From Eledone cirrhosa (taxonomy: Eukaryota): a DNA stretch of 64,000 bases. Shown here piece by piece: positions 1 through 14,411 of this stretch. Under the pieces are notes generated by a model, which saw only the letters and a list, made by a program, of their open reading frames with translations, ran no database searches and was not told the DNA's origin. The translations under genes and the position numbers were made by a program. Where the stretch lies: assembly GCA_964016885.1 (NCBI GenBank), contig OZ024740.1, forward strand, positions 178,064,001 to 178,128,000. The letters are read 5' to 3'. Position 1 is the stretch's first letter. Each line of letters starts with the position of its first letter.

Positions 1-261
1 CGGTTGTGCAATCCCTCTCATTGAATTGCTTCTTCCCATCTAAATTCCTTTCATTCACTCTCTTTTATGTTCCCTATATCACACTGCATACATAACTAGC
101 GATAGTTGTGTTTGGCCAGATCCCTACTCCCTTAACACAAACACACTTGCCAGCTAGTTTGAATGTGTTGTACACACAAGTTGGTCTATCCTGTTTATAT
201 AATCTACTAGTAATAGTTGTTATATAAGCACTTTGTCTGTGGACAGTTAAAGGAGATATAT

Positions 262-300
262 AGTCTCTGATGAAATCCTAACACAGGATTGAAATTAACA
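262..300 (+). ncRNA. Degenerate hammerhead-ribozyme-like core
   Basis: CTGATGA (267-273), perfect stem II aatcct-aacac-aggatt, GAAA (291-294); no clean NUH site or stem I. Confidence 0.35.
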
Positions 301-819
301 CAGGTGACCCCTCATTTTCTGTCCATGAAGATAATCTATATACAGAAAAGGTGTCTATACTTGTGTTAAACACACAGTGTTGGCTTAAGATCTGCAGAGT
401 TATTCTAGAACACAGTATAGAATTGAAACAAAACCACTAATTTATTTATATGAACAATTCTATTTCTATATGAATGCAGGTGTGTGTGTGGTTGCATGAA
501 TAAAGAACATTTGTGTATTATAAAAACTTACTTTGCAGCATTTAATTCTCTCAAGATATTAACATTTACGCCAAGATAAAGTTGTCTTTTATCCCTTATG
601 ATATCAATAAAATTAATATCAGACAAAATACTAGAGTCAATATATTCAACTAAAATCTTGAATATGGTGCCTTGGCATGGTTACAGTCCAGTGACTGAAA
701 CTATTAAAAGAATAACTGAGGTCACTAAATTTTTAGAAACAAATTAACTCACAAAATATGGATGATATATTGATACTTAATTCCTGCTCCTTATTATTGT
801 TATTATTGTTATTTAAAGG

Positions 820-1012
820 GCGGTGGATTGGCAGTATCGGTAGAGGGTCGGACGCCATGCTTTGACATATAGAGTTACAGCCCTTGCCATTCTGTGTTCA
901 AATCCTGCCGAGGTTAACTTTGCCTTTCATCCTTACGGGGTCGATAAAATAAAGTACCAGTAATGCACTGGGTAATTGCTGGCCTTGTGCCAAACGTAGA
1001 AACAATTATTAT
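820..1012 (+). mobile_element. tRNA-derived SINE, family A (about 19 copies in the window)
   Basis: A-box-like TGGCAGTATCGG, B-box-like GTTCAAATCC, conserved core GCCTTTCATCCTTACGGGGTCGATAAAATAAAGTACCAG, (ATT)n tail. Other copies near 2970, 14730, 15640, 16050, 18900, 21115, 21900, 22070, 26385, 32190, 34752, 36905, 37305, 38840, 39330, 49490, 50195, 53260. Confidence 0.9.
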
Positions 1013-1242
1013 TATTTAAACAAAAAATTGTTATTATTAACACTCTGCTTCTTAAGGATACCAACTATGGTAAACTACCAACCATAGAATCCCACATTGG
1101 TAGCCAGACCCCAAAATTAGCAATGAGTGCCAAAACTGGTGAAATCAGTAACTAAATAATATTCCCCATTACACTATATGATCATCATCATCATTGTCAT
1201 TTTAATGTCTGCTTTCCCTGCTAGCAAGTATTGGATTGTGCA

Positions 1243-1302
<60 letters not shown>

Positions 1303-1414
1303 ATTTCGGGAGCCTCATTTTGTAAAATATATTTTTATTTTAGCATTAGTTTTTATTCTTTAACACTAAATCATCAATATATATATATCGCAGCGCTAGA
1401 CACATTTTTCAAAT

Positions 1415-2052
1415 GCAGGTGGGTTCTATAGAATTGGTTGATAGCTTCCGGTACCTAGGTGATCAGAATAGCATGGGAAGGGGTGTTCCGAGGCCATAGT
1501 ATCTAGAATAAGGACAGGTTGGAAGAAGTTTAGGGAGCTGCTTCCTCTGTTGACAAAGAATGGTTTCTCCCTGCATACGAAAGGCCGGTTATATGATGCC
1601 TGTGTGAGATGCGCGATGCTGCATGGTAGTGAGACATGGGCAGCAACTGCAGAGTTTATGCGATGGCTGGAGAGAAATGAAGCAAGCATGCTCCGTTGGA
1701 TGTGCAATGTCAATGTGTGTGAACGACCAAGCATAGATGAGTTGAGAGAGAAACTGTGTATAAGAGGGATAAGTTGTGGTGTGCGGGTGAGAAGACTGAA
1801 ATGGTATGGACATGTGATGCGCATGGAGGATGACCGCTGGGTAAAGAAGTACCAAGAAATCCCAGTAGAAGGAAGACGCAGTAGAGGAAGACCATGAAAA
1901 ACATGGGCGGAGGTGGTGAGAGCAGACCTCAGATCGCTGAAGGTCACGGAGGAGATGATGAAGGACCGTGACAAGTGGAGAGAAGCTGTGCCAAATAGGA
2001 CCTGTCCCACCCTTGTAAGTAGGGAAAAGCAGATGTAAAATGATGATGATGA
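1415..2052 (+). mobile_element. RTE-clade LINE 3' fragment
   Basis: [33 protein letters not shown], followed by a (GAT)n tail. Confidence 0.9.
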
Positions 2053-2066
2053 TATATATATATATA

Positions 2067-2697
2067 TATGAAAGACGTAAAATAAGAAAATTATAAAAAT
2101 TAACTTACTAAAATTTCACTCCAACTAATTAGTTTCTGAAAGGGAATAAACATGGTTTCCAAATGGAAAGCATGGAGTTCTGCATCCCCTTGCATTGAAC
2201 CACAAAGTTACTAAGACAAAACCTATATATTTGCTAGCATAGGTATGCATCTGTATATATATGTTGGTAAATATACTAATTCTTTATAATTATCTCCAAA
2301 TTATTTTGTTGAGCAAAAATTTGCCAAAACTGCTACTATAGTTCATAGTAATGGCTCGCCTACTGTCTTTTTAACACCCCACTCCTCACTGATTAACCTC
2401 GGTGTCACGTGATTGATTCTTTTGAATTTGCCACCGACGAAGTAGGCAGTGATTTTTTCAATGTCTTGGAATTTAGCCCACGCTTGCTTTTTTCCATCCA
2501 CTGAATTATTTTTGTATAAGTTCCCTGTGTCCACGCATCGCCTGGTATCTTAGCTGAGAACAGACTTCCTGATGACGAAATGGCTTCTCCATGCTTTCCA
2601 TTTGGAAACCATGTTTATTCCCTTTCAGAAACTAATTAGTTGGAGTGAAATTTTAGTAAGTTAATTTTTATAATTTTCTTATTTTACGTCTTTCATA
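2067..2697 (+). mobile_element. Foldback element with 111-bp inverted arms (Penelope-like inverted pLTR?)
   Basis: 2067-2177 is the reverse complement of 2587-2697; abuts (TA)n; CTGATGA...GAAA at 2569-2608. Confidence 0.55.
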
Positions 2698-2969
2698 TAA
2701 TTCTTCTGCATCAATAAAAACCTAGCCCGAATACTTGCAACAGAGTGAATTCTCCTAAAGATACTCAAGATCTAGGTGGTGGTGTTAAAACCAAGTGACC
2801 AACTAAGTATAACACACACGTGGGCAATGATAGAATTTGAACTCAGAATGTAAAAATCTGAAGCAAATGTGATAAATCATCTGAATGAGTCATGGTTGTA
2901 GTGTTGGCAGTGGCGGTGATACTGTTGATGTCTCACCACTACCATAACTACCAACATTATTTTTCCAAC

Positions 2970-3160
2970 GGTGGTGGATTGGCAGTATCGGTAGAGGGTC
3001 TGACGCCATGCTTTGCAGTAAAGAGTTACAGCCCTTTATGGTCTGAGTTTAAATTCCGCCGAGGTTAACTTTGCCTTTCATCCTTACGGGGTCGATAAAA
3101 TAAAGTACAGGTAATGTACTGGGGAATTGCTGGCCTTGTGCCAAATGTAGAAACAATTAT
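2970..3160 (+). mobile_element. SINE family A with 14-bp TSD
   Basis: ATTATTTTTCCAAC at 2956-2969 and 3156-3169. Confidence 0.9.
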
Positions 3161-3257
3161 TTTTCCAACTCAAGAAAGCATTTAAATATAAGTTTGAAAG
3201 CAGAAGCAATGGAAAGGAATTCCAACTAGATCTTGACAACAAAATCTACATATAGTT

Positions 3258-3456
3258 TACAAGTGTAGGCTGAAAAGTTCATAGGCTGACTATGAAGATA
3301 TGATGCTAGAGCTGTGAAATCTTGCATGCAATAATTTCAACTCTTATTAATAACTACAATGTTTTTTTCCAGGGACTATTTTGAAAAATAAACCTCATTT
3401 TGTCATTCTATAAGAGTATCTTGTTTAGCCTATGAACTTTTCAACCAAACTTTATA
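3258..3456. mobile_element. Tc1/mariner-like MITE
   Basis: Imperfect ~30-bp TIRs with core TGAAAAGTTCATAGGCT / AGCCTATGAACTTTTCA, flanked by TA. Confidence 0.65.
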
Positions 3457-4635
3457 AATACACAAGAAGTTTCCAATATCTAAATGGCCAAATATCAGCA
3501 AAAGGGCACCCAGGAGTTATGATCTAGATGCAGCTCAGCCTCCTTAGAGTTTAAGAAGTTAAGAGCTGAAACACTTGCTTGATGGGGGATGTGGGGGGAG
3601 GGGGCTCTTCTCTGAACACCTTCTGCTCTCCAACTCCCCTGAGAGTTTCTTACCACAAATGATTCTGTGAACCAACCACCCTAAACTGGTAATTTATCAA
3701 GCCCCCAGAAAGATAAAGGTAGACTGTAAGGAGCTGGAATAAATTCTGCAAGGCATTTTGCCAGATGTTCCATTGCTAACAGATCCATCAAATTGTTCAA
3801 TATGGATGCAATTTTATACCACCATATCACAGCTGGATTTTAAACATATCTTGACCAGCAAACACATTCTCCAATGAAATGCAAAACAAGATCTCATGTT
3901 TAAATTGAGTTCACCTTATGTGTGTTTTATTAATAAATCAGCATTATTTAATATATAATTTTTTTTAAAGATGGTTGATTGTGATTTGAGGGAAATTTGA
4001 CTGCTATTTCTTGTAGAATGAGCAACTGTGTAGAGGGTTACTCTATCTAATATTGTTTATCATCATTGTCATTGCTGCCAGCTTTGTCATCGCAGTCATT
4101 GCCACCACCGCTGTCATCATTGTTGTTGTTACTCAGATGTCCACATCTTGATCATACATTCTGTTTTGGGCATAAATTCTATAGCTAGATGCCCTTTCTA
4201 ATTCTAACCACTTTAATGTGTGTACTGGGCGCATTTTATTGTGGCAGCAGTACTACCACTTTACAGAGTTACTATTATTATTATTATTTAGCTCTAAGCC
4301 AGCCTCTGAAGCAAAACTATGATGCATAGTGTTGCAACTGTGACACTGTAGTCGTTTTTTTCTTTTAGACATATCATATTTGGGAATATATTACTCAAAA
4401 TGTTCACCCACTTTTTTAAGATAGTGGTGAACTTGAGGAAAATTTGGCTGTTATTTCTAGTGGGGCATATTAAGTAGAGGATTCCTATGACATTATTATA
4501 AAGGCTTAATTATTCCCCCAGTATTTGGACCTTCACACAAGTCTTAGATGCACTGAAAAAAATATAAAGGGTCAGGAGTACTGTCCTTCCTCCTAAATAA
4601 ACAATAGTAAACACAAATAAAGTTGTATATCTTAC

Positions 4636-4732
4636 CTATCATGAGTTTATGGAGCTGCCCTGGGGAGAGGAGCCTTGAACATTGAATTTTTTCCTCACGT
4701 GTAGTTGGCATAACATGAAATAAATCACTGGT
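4636..4732 (-). CDS. CFAP47: CFAP47 exon ([32 protein letters not shown])
   Basis: aag/gtaag; 97 nt, phase 0 to 1; resembles PSTPQEKHDCSLMLTPKQIHQVIVG. Confidence 0.85.
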
Positions 4733-7700
4733 CTTTAAAAAAAAATAATAAGAGAATAAATATATATACTTTGTAAATGGTGGTTCAGGTACCATGTTAA
4801 AATATGCAGTGGTAGTGATGGTACCACAATAAAATGAACAGAGCCCACTCCGTAAAGTGGTAGTGCTGGTGACATGACAAAAAGTACCCAGTATATGCTG
4901 TAAATTAGTTAGCATTAGGAAGGGCATCCAACTGTAGAAACCATGCCAAAATGAAGCATGAAAAAACATGGTCATCTGTCCAGTTTAGTCTCAAAACATG
5001 ACAGCATGAAAAACAGATGTAAAACACTGATGATGATACACACCAAGTCTTGCAGACAACCAAACGTAAGAATGCAGATTTATTGGTAATATGTGAGAGC
5101 AGAGAATGAGATTGTGAAAACGTAAATGTCATTTCTGCAGAGCATTAATGAAGTTGCAGACATTGACTTAGAAATGTAGAAAACTGAATATCTAACTGAA
5201 ACAAATGTCACCCCTCAAGCAAAATCTACAAGCAATATATCACAGCTCCTCCCCTTCTTAAAACAATAAAAATATTAAAGTGAGAAGTTAGACAAAATAG
5301 GTATACATACACATCATCATCATCATCATCATTCTATTCTGTTCGTTTTTCTATGCTTGCTTGGGTTGGATACAAACACACACATTCATCTTCATCATTA
5401 TCATCATTGTTGTTTCAACATCTGCTTTCCATGCTAGCAAGGGTGGATGGGTCTACATAGACCAAGTCAGTACTGAAGTGGAACCACTGATCTCCCAAGT
5501 AGGTTAGGGATCTGTGTCTTACTTTATATATAGTTGACACTCCATTGAGTGCACAGGAGAGGTTGCCATGTTTTTGACACAACTGAAGATCCTCCTGGCC
5601 CTTTTATTTGGCAAGATTTTTATGACTGGGTGCCTTTCCTATAACCAACCATTTTACAGCATGTACTGGGTGCATTTATCATGTAGATCACCAAACACTT
5701 GGGAGGCTGTCATGCCCTTGAAATGATTGAAGGGGTCCTCCGAACCCTTTGTTTGTTGCTGAATATTAGCTGAATGCCATTCCCATTACCAACCACTTCA
5801 CAACAGGGAGGAGGGCAACTGTTGGGGCATGCACGGTGGGGTTGAAGTAGTGATGTTGAAAATAACTGTTTAGTTGAGTGATAGTTGAGGTGGGGGCTGG
5901 TCAAGTCACATTATATGCTGCAGGTCGTGTCTTCCTCAGCACTGTATAGTGCAAGCCCTCGCAGTCTTTAGTCATTTCTGTTGTGAGGTTTAGTTTTTTA
6001 AGGTCAGTTTTCACAACCTCATCCCATGTCTTCCTGGGTGTGCCTCTTCCACTGGTCTCAGCCACTGGGGTTTTTCTGCATTTCTTTATGCAGTTGCTAT
6101 CTTCCATGTGCATCACATGTCCATACCAACACAGTCTTCTGTCTTGCACACTATATCCAATCCTTCTTATGCCAAGTTTTTCCCTCAGTTTGCTTATGGT
6201 ATGTTGCTCATGCACACTAACATTACACATCCATCGGAGCACTCTCGACTCATTTTTTTCTCTGCAGGTCTTTTGCAGTCAAGGCTCATGTTTCACTGCT
6301 ATGTAGTATAGGAGTTTTGCACACAGGCATCATACATTCTACTCTTCACCCTGAGAGAAAGGCATTTTGTTGTTAGTAGTGGTAATAGATCGCTAAACTT
6401 CTTCCAGCCTGTTCTTATCCTAGCTATCACACTTTCAGCACATCCTCCCCAACTACTAATTTGATTGCCTAGGTATCAAAACTGCAGCCGAGGGAAGCTA
6501 TTTCACATGTGTTATTAGTGCTTACTTCCCCAGTGCATCTGTTACATATAAAGTTTCTTTTTCGTTAGCTTATCTGCAATCCAACTACGTCCCGTGTGCA
6601 TCCATAATTTACATTGTGTGCACCTTATGGAGTTTCTGTCCACCCTTTCTTACATATAAAACAAGGTCACTTTCCTGCTGGATTCACCTTCCTGTCTTCT
6701 TTTCTACTTATTAAAACTTTTGTCTTGGTTAAATTTACTTTTAGGCCCCTCAGCTCTAGGTTCTTCTATGCTTGAAATGTTGCTTCTAACTCTCCTATGG
6801 ATTCAGTTAAGAAGACAAGGTCATCAGCATATAGCAGCTCCCATGGACTTCTAATTTTGAACTCCTTAGTGATGACCTGAAGTACAATGATTAAAAGAAG
6901 TGAACCGATGACTGATCCCTGGTGGACCCCCATGTGCACCACTTTAAATTCACCACTGCCAAATCTCACTATGCTGGTTGCCGCTTTATACATAGCCTGC
7001 ACAGCCCTCACAACTCACAAGCCATTTATCGATACCTAGCTTCCTAAATGCCAACCATATTATAGAGTGTGGGACCCTATCAAAGGCCTTCTCCAGATCC
7101 ACACATGCTAGATACAGTGGCTTACTCTTAGCTAAATACCTCTCCTGCAGTTGTCTCACCAGAATGAGGGCATCAGTTACACCCCTACCTGGCATTAATC
7201 CAAACCGAATCACATCTAACCTGATTCTGTCTCTAATTAGCTGTGCTATAACCCTTTCAGTAACTTTCATGACTTGGTCCATCTACTATTTCTCTCTAGT
7301 GCATTCTCTTTGCCCTCATAGCAATTTTCAATGACACTGCTGTGCCAGTCATTGCGTCTCACCCCATCCTGTATTATTTGATGAACTATGTGTCTGACTA
7401 GCTTGTATTCTACCATGCCAGATGCTTTTAGCATCTCAGTGACTATATCAGATGGACCAGCTTCTTTCTCTACCTTCATGTCCTTAATTGCTTTATCTAT
7501 CAAACTTCTGTCGACTTTTATGGCAAGTCCCTCAGTAGGGTCTGCATAGGGTAGGCCATCACTGTTCCATTCAGTTTCCTTATTCAGCAGTCTCTCATAG
7601 TATGTCTTCCATACCTCCTTCTTTTCAGTGTCAGACAGGGCAAGTGCTCCACTGTCATTTCAGACACACTTTTTTCGAACAACATCATGATTTTCTCTAG

Positions 7701-10700
7701 TATACTATCTCAATCATGAACACTTCATGGTGCAAACTCCTTCTTTTCTGCCTCTCCCCTCACTAGTTATATTTGGTATCTAGCATCCCTTCTTGCTATC
7801 TGGTATTGCTTTATGTCTCTAAGCTTGTCTTTTTATTTTAATGGCTCTTTCTACCTTGTCATTCCACCACCATGTCACCCTCCATCTTGGTACCTTGATC
7901 CAGCTACAGGCTTGTGGCTTCCAACAGGTTGTGACATACATATTCCCAATTTTTCTCTATATCATGTCTCTAGCTCCTCTTCCTTACTGTCATAGGTGTC
8001 AAAAAAGATTTCTCTCAATATGTTACCTAGAGGGTTCTCTCAGCTTCCAAGTCTTCCTTTTCCAGACTGGCTTTTGTCTCTTGGTCCACCTAGCCCTTAC
8101 TCTAAAACCAAACTTGAGTCTTGTCACTCTGGAGTTTCTCCTGTAGACTTACAGGAATTTCAGCCTGTTTGATATCCAACTGTAGAAACTATGTCAAATA
8201 TAGAACTTATAAGCAAGACATAATCTCAGAGTTATCTAGGAGGACAGTAACTCCAAATGATGACTGGCTCATCTAACTTATGTCAACATGGAAAACTGGA
8301 CATAAAATGATGATGATGAGTTACTATCATCACAATTAATTTAATTAGTTAATTACTAAAATATGCTTACTGTTTTCTGTATTTGTTCAGTTTCTTTAGA
8401 ATGTATTGACTTCTGCTTGCCTGGTTCTGAAAATAAAGGAAAATACAAAAACAATGTCTTTGTTGCTTTCTAAACATTAGCAAAAGGTCACACATTTTGG
8501 TAAGATGAGGAGGATATAGTCCAGCAGTTCCCAACCTGTGATTCACAGACTTCTGGGAGTCTGCAAAAGTAGTATTGGAGGTCAATTAACTTGTTGAGCA
8601 GCCAGTTTTGTTTGTAGGTTGAATCTAGTATTGGGACTATATACAAAACAGATGAAGACAATCAGAGACCAGAACAATTGTAACATAATGTAAATATAAA
8701 TATGATAAACATAAACACACTAAAGATGAGGTTAATAGCCAGGAAAGTTATATAATTTGACAATTATCTAACTTTGGTGCAAGGCCAACTTCTGAAGAGG
8801 AATGATTGCATCTCAGAACCTATTATCATCATCAACATTAATTGCAAAATAAGGTATGGTTTTAACTGCATCAAGGTTGCAGGAAAGCTAATTAGTGGTA
8901 TTTGTTCTGGCTCTGTGTACTCTGAGTTCAAATCTTACCATGGTCAAATTTACCTCTCATCTTTTCAGAAATGATAAAGTACTAGTCTAGATAGAGTGAT
9001 GTACAGAAGGACTTTTTAGAACATTGCATGAGATACCTTATAGTATATACTCTGGCTCTGTGTATTCTGTCACCAGAATTGTCGATTTCATCAAGATTTC
9101 CTCTCAGAATACAAACAAGCCAAAACAAATACAAAGGCATTACATCCAGTGATCTAATCAATGTTTCCTAAAGTGGGTTCCACAAGATAAGGTGTCTTTT
9201 AATTAAAATTAATAAAAAGTCAGTTCTCTATGAGCAAGATGTAGTCATCTGACCTAGCCTATCACACAACAGGACAACTCACTTAACCCATGCTAGCATG
9301 GAAAAATATAAGTTAAACGGTGATGATGATGATGATGGTCATGATTTATTTTTTATATGAATAAATTCTATCTCTAAAACAACTTTTGTTTCTTTTGATG
9401 TTTTATCAAAATTAGGGTGGTGAAGGATTGTCTATAAAATAAAGGCATGGGTTCTGTGCTATGAGGATATGGTACAAGCATTCTGTAATGAAATATGTCT
9501 GAAAAGCCTTGCTTTAATGATTCTGCTAATTCACTGCAATTTAAACAACATGGTCACTGAAATAATTACATGAGCAGTCATTGGAAATATATTACCATTT
9601 TCTGTTGAGTCAGGGATTTGTGCTATTTGTAATTTCTTGGGTTTTATTCCTTCAGCATGTGATAAACCAATATCAATATCATTGTTTGTTTTCCAATAGG
9701 CACTGCAAAATAAATATTTATCTAATATGAAACACAACTGATAATTAATGTAACATCAATATGATGTTTCATCCCCTACCAGCATCAGATGGGCATTTTT
9801 ATATTAACTAACTTTCCATATCTCTTAACAATCACACTCTTCTATCTTATGAAAACAAAAAAGAATATTGGATAATGTGGTTCTGGATTTACTATATTCA
9901 AAGGAAACAAATGGAATAACCTCACCTGTAATGCTTTAATTATAGGTTTGTTAAATGAAATTTGACCTGAACAAACAACTACCATAGACCAAAAGAGTTT
10001 CTCCTTCGTATATCATACTAAAAATATCAGCCAAATCTCTCACAAATTTCAGCCAGCCATCTCTTAAATAAGGTAGATAATGTAATTCCTACATGCCCCT
10101 AAAAAGGGGTTAATCACATATCTAGAACATGTTTGGCTATATGGGTCAGTTTAATCAGAACTGGCTTAGGCTAAACAGTAACAAAGATTGCCATTAGCTG
10201 GACCACTAGAATCTGTGCCATATTACAGTGAAGGAAACAGGGTGTAATGAATGTTATATAGTATGGTAATCATGGCACCTCACTAATCACTATGCTCACT
10301 CTTTTCCTTACAGAATGTTAGCCTTCTGGGATTCTTTCCTTGCACATACTTTTTATCTGCAACCATAGAATGACAACATTTCAAGCAATACATTAACTGC
10401 ATTGATCATGCAAGTATCAGTGGGTCAGCAAATATCATGGACTTTCTGTTAACCAATGAAAAAAAAAAGGAACATGGATACACATGACTTTTTACTTTCA
10501 ACATTAGTATACATATAATTACTTTGGTTGTCATTATCAGTTTTACATCCATTTTTCCATATTGGCATGGGATGGATAAGATTTTTTGAGACAGAAGCCA
10601 AGAACCCTTCCTGATACTAACCCTCAGTTCATTTTAAAATAAGGTGCACACATCTAACTACAGACCAGTGGGATCTTTAGTTATGCAGAATGTGAAAAAA

Positions 10701-13495
10701 ATATTGAATGCAGAGAAATAGAAGTGAAGAGACAATCACAAACACATTATATAATGGGCTTCTTTATATTTTCTGTCTAACAAATTCACTCACAAGGTAC
10801 TCATTGACCCAAAGCTATAGTAGAAGACACTTGAACAAGATGCCATGCAATGTGATAGAAAAAAAATCCACATGTTTACAAAACTTTTTAATCTCACAAT
10901 CATGCCTAATTTGCATCGTTATGGTTGATTTGATTCTTCTATTCTATAATTTACATCACGTAAACAGCCTAAGATATTACATACTAACCATACAAATCCA
11001 ACACACCATCAAGATACTGCTGAAAGATTTTGATTTCCCTCATAAATTGATGAACTTTTTTTTTAGGAGGTAAAATAGGTTTGAGGAACATGGTCGAATT
11101 TTGCTGAGAAATGAACGTAGTTAGATATAGTTGAAAATAGCTTACATCGCTCTTCTTTGACGTATTTTCCGCTTAGTGACCTCTGAAGTTAAGTCCCTAT
11201 ATTTTTCTTTATTGATGATAATCTGCTCTAGTTCTTGCTTTGTATAACTGTATTCTTTATCTGTGTATGTGTAACGTTTTGTCTTTGTGAACAAAGATCT
11301 GACAGAGAAGATATAAAAAAGATACAAATGAAACCATGTGAATTACAAAAAACAACAAAGAAAAATAGCAAAAAAATCTATAAAGAAAGAAAGTGAGAAA
11401 AAGTTATGATAAATTCTAAGCAATAAAAAGCAAGCAAGATGAAATACCTGGAAGAAATATCATAGAATATTGGTAAATAGCAATACAAGTGATCACCAGT
11501 ATTGGAAATAAGAGAGAAAAAGTAAGGTTGTTTTCAAAGTCATCACTGCCTCTGTCACTAGCACCATCACAGTCATCATCACCACATTCATAATCATCAT
11601 CATAGTGATGATGATTATCATCCTCTTCATCATCATTTCTACCTCCACTGTTTCATGTTAGTATGAGACAGATAGGACTTATTGGTAGAGTGTTTTAGTC
11701 ACCTCTTACTAGGTGCAAAAAAAAAAAAAAGAAATTGTGTAACAGATCGGTTGATAATATATTTTTGGCTGAAGCTTAACCAAAAATTCTTATAAAAGAA
11801 TCACGGCTAATCTATAATCTGCAATTCCTTGACATGGGGTCAAAACCAGAATTGCAAATTACTGTGAGGCCAAACATAGGATCCAATGTTTTTTTAAAAA
11901 ACTAAGTGGTGTATGTCAGCAAAATTTTATTGGTAAAGTATATCTTATATAGATTCTAGTTAAAAAATAGAATGTCTGATTGTAAACATCTCTAACAAAA
12001 ACCTTTGTCTGTGTATGTAAGCAACAGAATACCCACTTAGCCTTCCAACTGAATTTCTTATTTATATACTGTAGATGACCCACCCCTTACACAAAATTTG
12101 CTTCTACAATACAAACACATATATGTATAAAGTATGTTGATTACTCCCTAACCCTTTAGCATTTACATTATTCTATATATACTATTATATTTTCATGGTA
12201 AAGGCTTTATTTTGCATAATTATCTTGTATAATTTTGAATCTATGAGATTTTGATATTATTTATTTTGAGGACAATACCTTAACAAAAGTATGAGCAGCT
12301 GGTTTGAACAGCAAGAGGTGAGAGAATTCTGGTTGGATATGGCCGGTTTAAATGCTAAAGGGTTAATCATTCAATAATTTATTTTGAGTGAATCTTTGAC
12401 GATAGGATTATAATTAACCACCGTTGTAACCTATCAACACTTTAAAATTTATATTTCTTCGCAATTTATCTTCTCTTATTTTATTTTTCCTAATTAATTT
12501 TTCTTGATTTATTTAATGTAACATTCACATTTAATATTTTCATTTTTTGTAATTTCTATAATTTTTGTTAATTTTATGATTTTTGTAACCTTTATAATTT
12601 TTTTTATAAATGTTTATAACTTTTTTTTTAAATTATTTTATACAATTTCTATAATCTTGTAAATTTTCAAAGGACTTACAACCCTTTAATTTTTCACTGT
12701 CATGCAATGTTGGTTTTTGGCCAAAGTCTACTGACACAGAATTTAATACCCCTAGACTTCCGTAACAGCAGAATGCTTTGTTCTGATTAATGAATGACAT
12801 TTTCTGAGGACAGCAGAATTTCTGTCACCACCAAAATGTTCAGTCCCATCAGAGCAAGGTACAGTGTGGCAGATGACTCATCTAACCCATGCAATCATGT
12901 GAAAATGGACGTTAATTCGTGATGATGATGATGATCCTCTAACATCTATTTTTCATGTTTGCATGAGTTAGATGGGTTATGATGTACTGAAGCATGACTG
13001 GTCAGCTGACCACATCTTACTCATACTTTCCAGTTATGGTTTGGTTTCTACAGCTGGATAACAACCACTTTACAGCATGTACTGAGAGCATTTTATTGTG
13101 ACACTGGCACTATCATATTACAGGGTGGACTGGATGGTTTTTGTCATGGCAACAGTACTGGAAAGGCATTGATGGGTGTATGGTTTTTCCTGCTGGCATG
13201 TGTTAGACAGGAAAGATGAATTGGTGATGTGGGAGCTGGAAGTACAATGTAGAAGGAATATTTCTTTCTTTTGGACAAAGAAATGGGGAACTGGTGAAGA
13301 ATGTGAGCAGAGTCACATGGAGATTGTGTCAATGACTGAGGTGGGGATGCTGGACAGAGTTGAGAAGGAGTGGGAAGTATACTGGCTGGGAATGGATTAA
13401 ATGTTGCTTTATATTACCATGTTCATTTTATCTCCTGTATAAGTAGACAAGTCCTCTGTTGTATGATCAGGCAATTTGATCTTATATGTTCAGCA

Positions 13496-13580
<85 letters not shown>

Positions 13581-14411
13581 TTTTTACATTCATTTGATTT
13601 ATTGATTTATTGATTTTTTATCTGAGTGTCCCGAATCTTCCAGATCGCAATTTTTCGGTTGTATGGTTGATTATAGACTTGTTCTATGTGTGACGGTATT
13701 TTAACGATAGTTATAGCTCTGATTTATCTAAATTATTGAGCCCTCTGCCGCTCATATCGACTTTTGTTTATCGTGAACTCGTGCGCCGATTTTTCGATAC
13801 TCGTTTATTCTACTATATTTAGCTCTAGACCTAGCTATTGACCAGTTAATTTTATTGTTCATTTTTTGTCGATTCTATTAAATGATGAATAGCTCCTGTT
13901 TATTTTAACATGTCTATTGAGCACTCTTATTCGATATGTGTATTTCCACATTTTCCTGAATATTTTTCGCGGATATAGAGGTTATCTCCCTTGCTGAATT
14001 CCATGTGCGTATTTAGCCTGGGTTATGCCTTTTCATTCGTTTGGACAAAGCTCGTTGAGGAAGTAAACTCCCGTCCGCTGGCACCTAGAAGTCTTATATA
14101 GTTTTATGTGAGCTGATAGAGGACAGTTTAAGGATTTACAGAAACCCAAGAAGCTAGATTTACCATCTTTCTAGCGGGTCCGGGTATGCTTTTTACATTC
14201 ATTTGATTTATTGATTTTTTATCTGAGTGTCCCGAATCTTCCAGATCGCAATTTTTCGGTTGTATGGTTGATTATAGACTTGTTCTATGTGTGACGGTAT
14301 TTTAACGATAGTTATAGCTCTGATTTATCTAAATTATTGAGCCCTCTGCCGCTCATATCGAATTTTGTTTATCGTGAACTCGTGCGCCGATTTTTCGATA
14401 CTCGTTTATTC

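Noticed and set aside
532-600. Possible CFAP47 exon ending at a gtaagt donor
   Set aside because: No resemblance to the expected next peptide, and it runs into SINE-like sequence.
820-915. tRNA gene
   Set aside because: A and B boxes belong to SINE heads; no cloverleaf, and they continue into the SINE body and tail.
1178-1431. Short YIYI/HTHT ORFs (also 13370, 27479, 54645)
   Set aside because: Translations of (TA)n and (CA)n microsatellites.
4501-4553. Extra CFAP47 exon after a ttttttcag acceptor
   Set aside because: In the required phase it reaches TGA after six codons.
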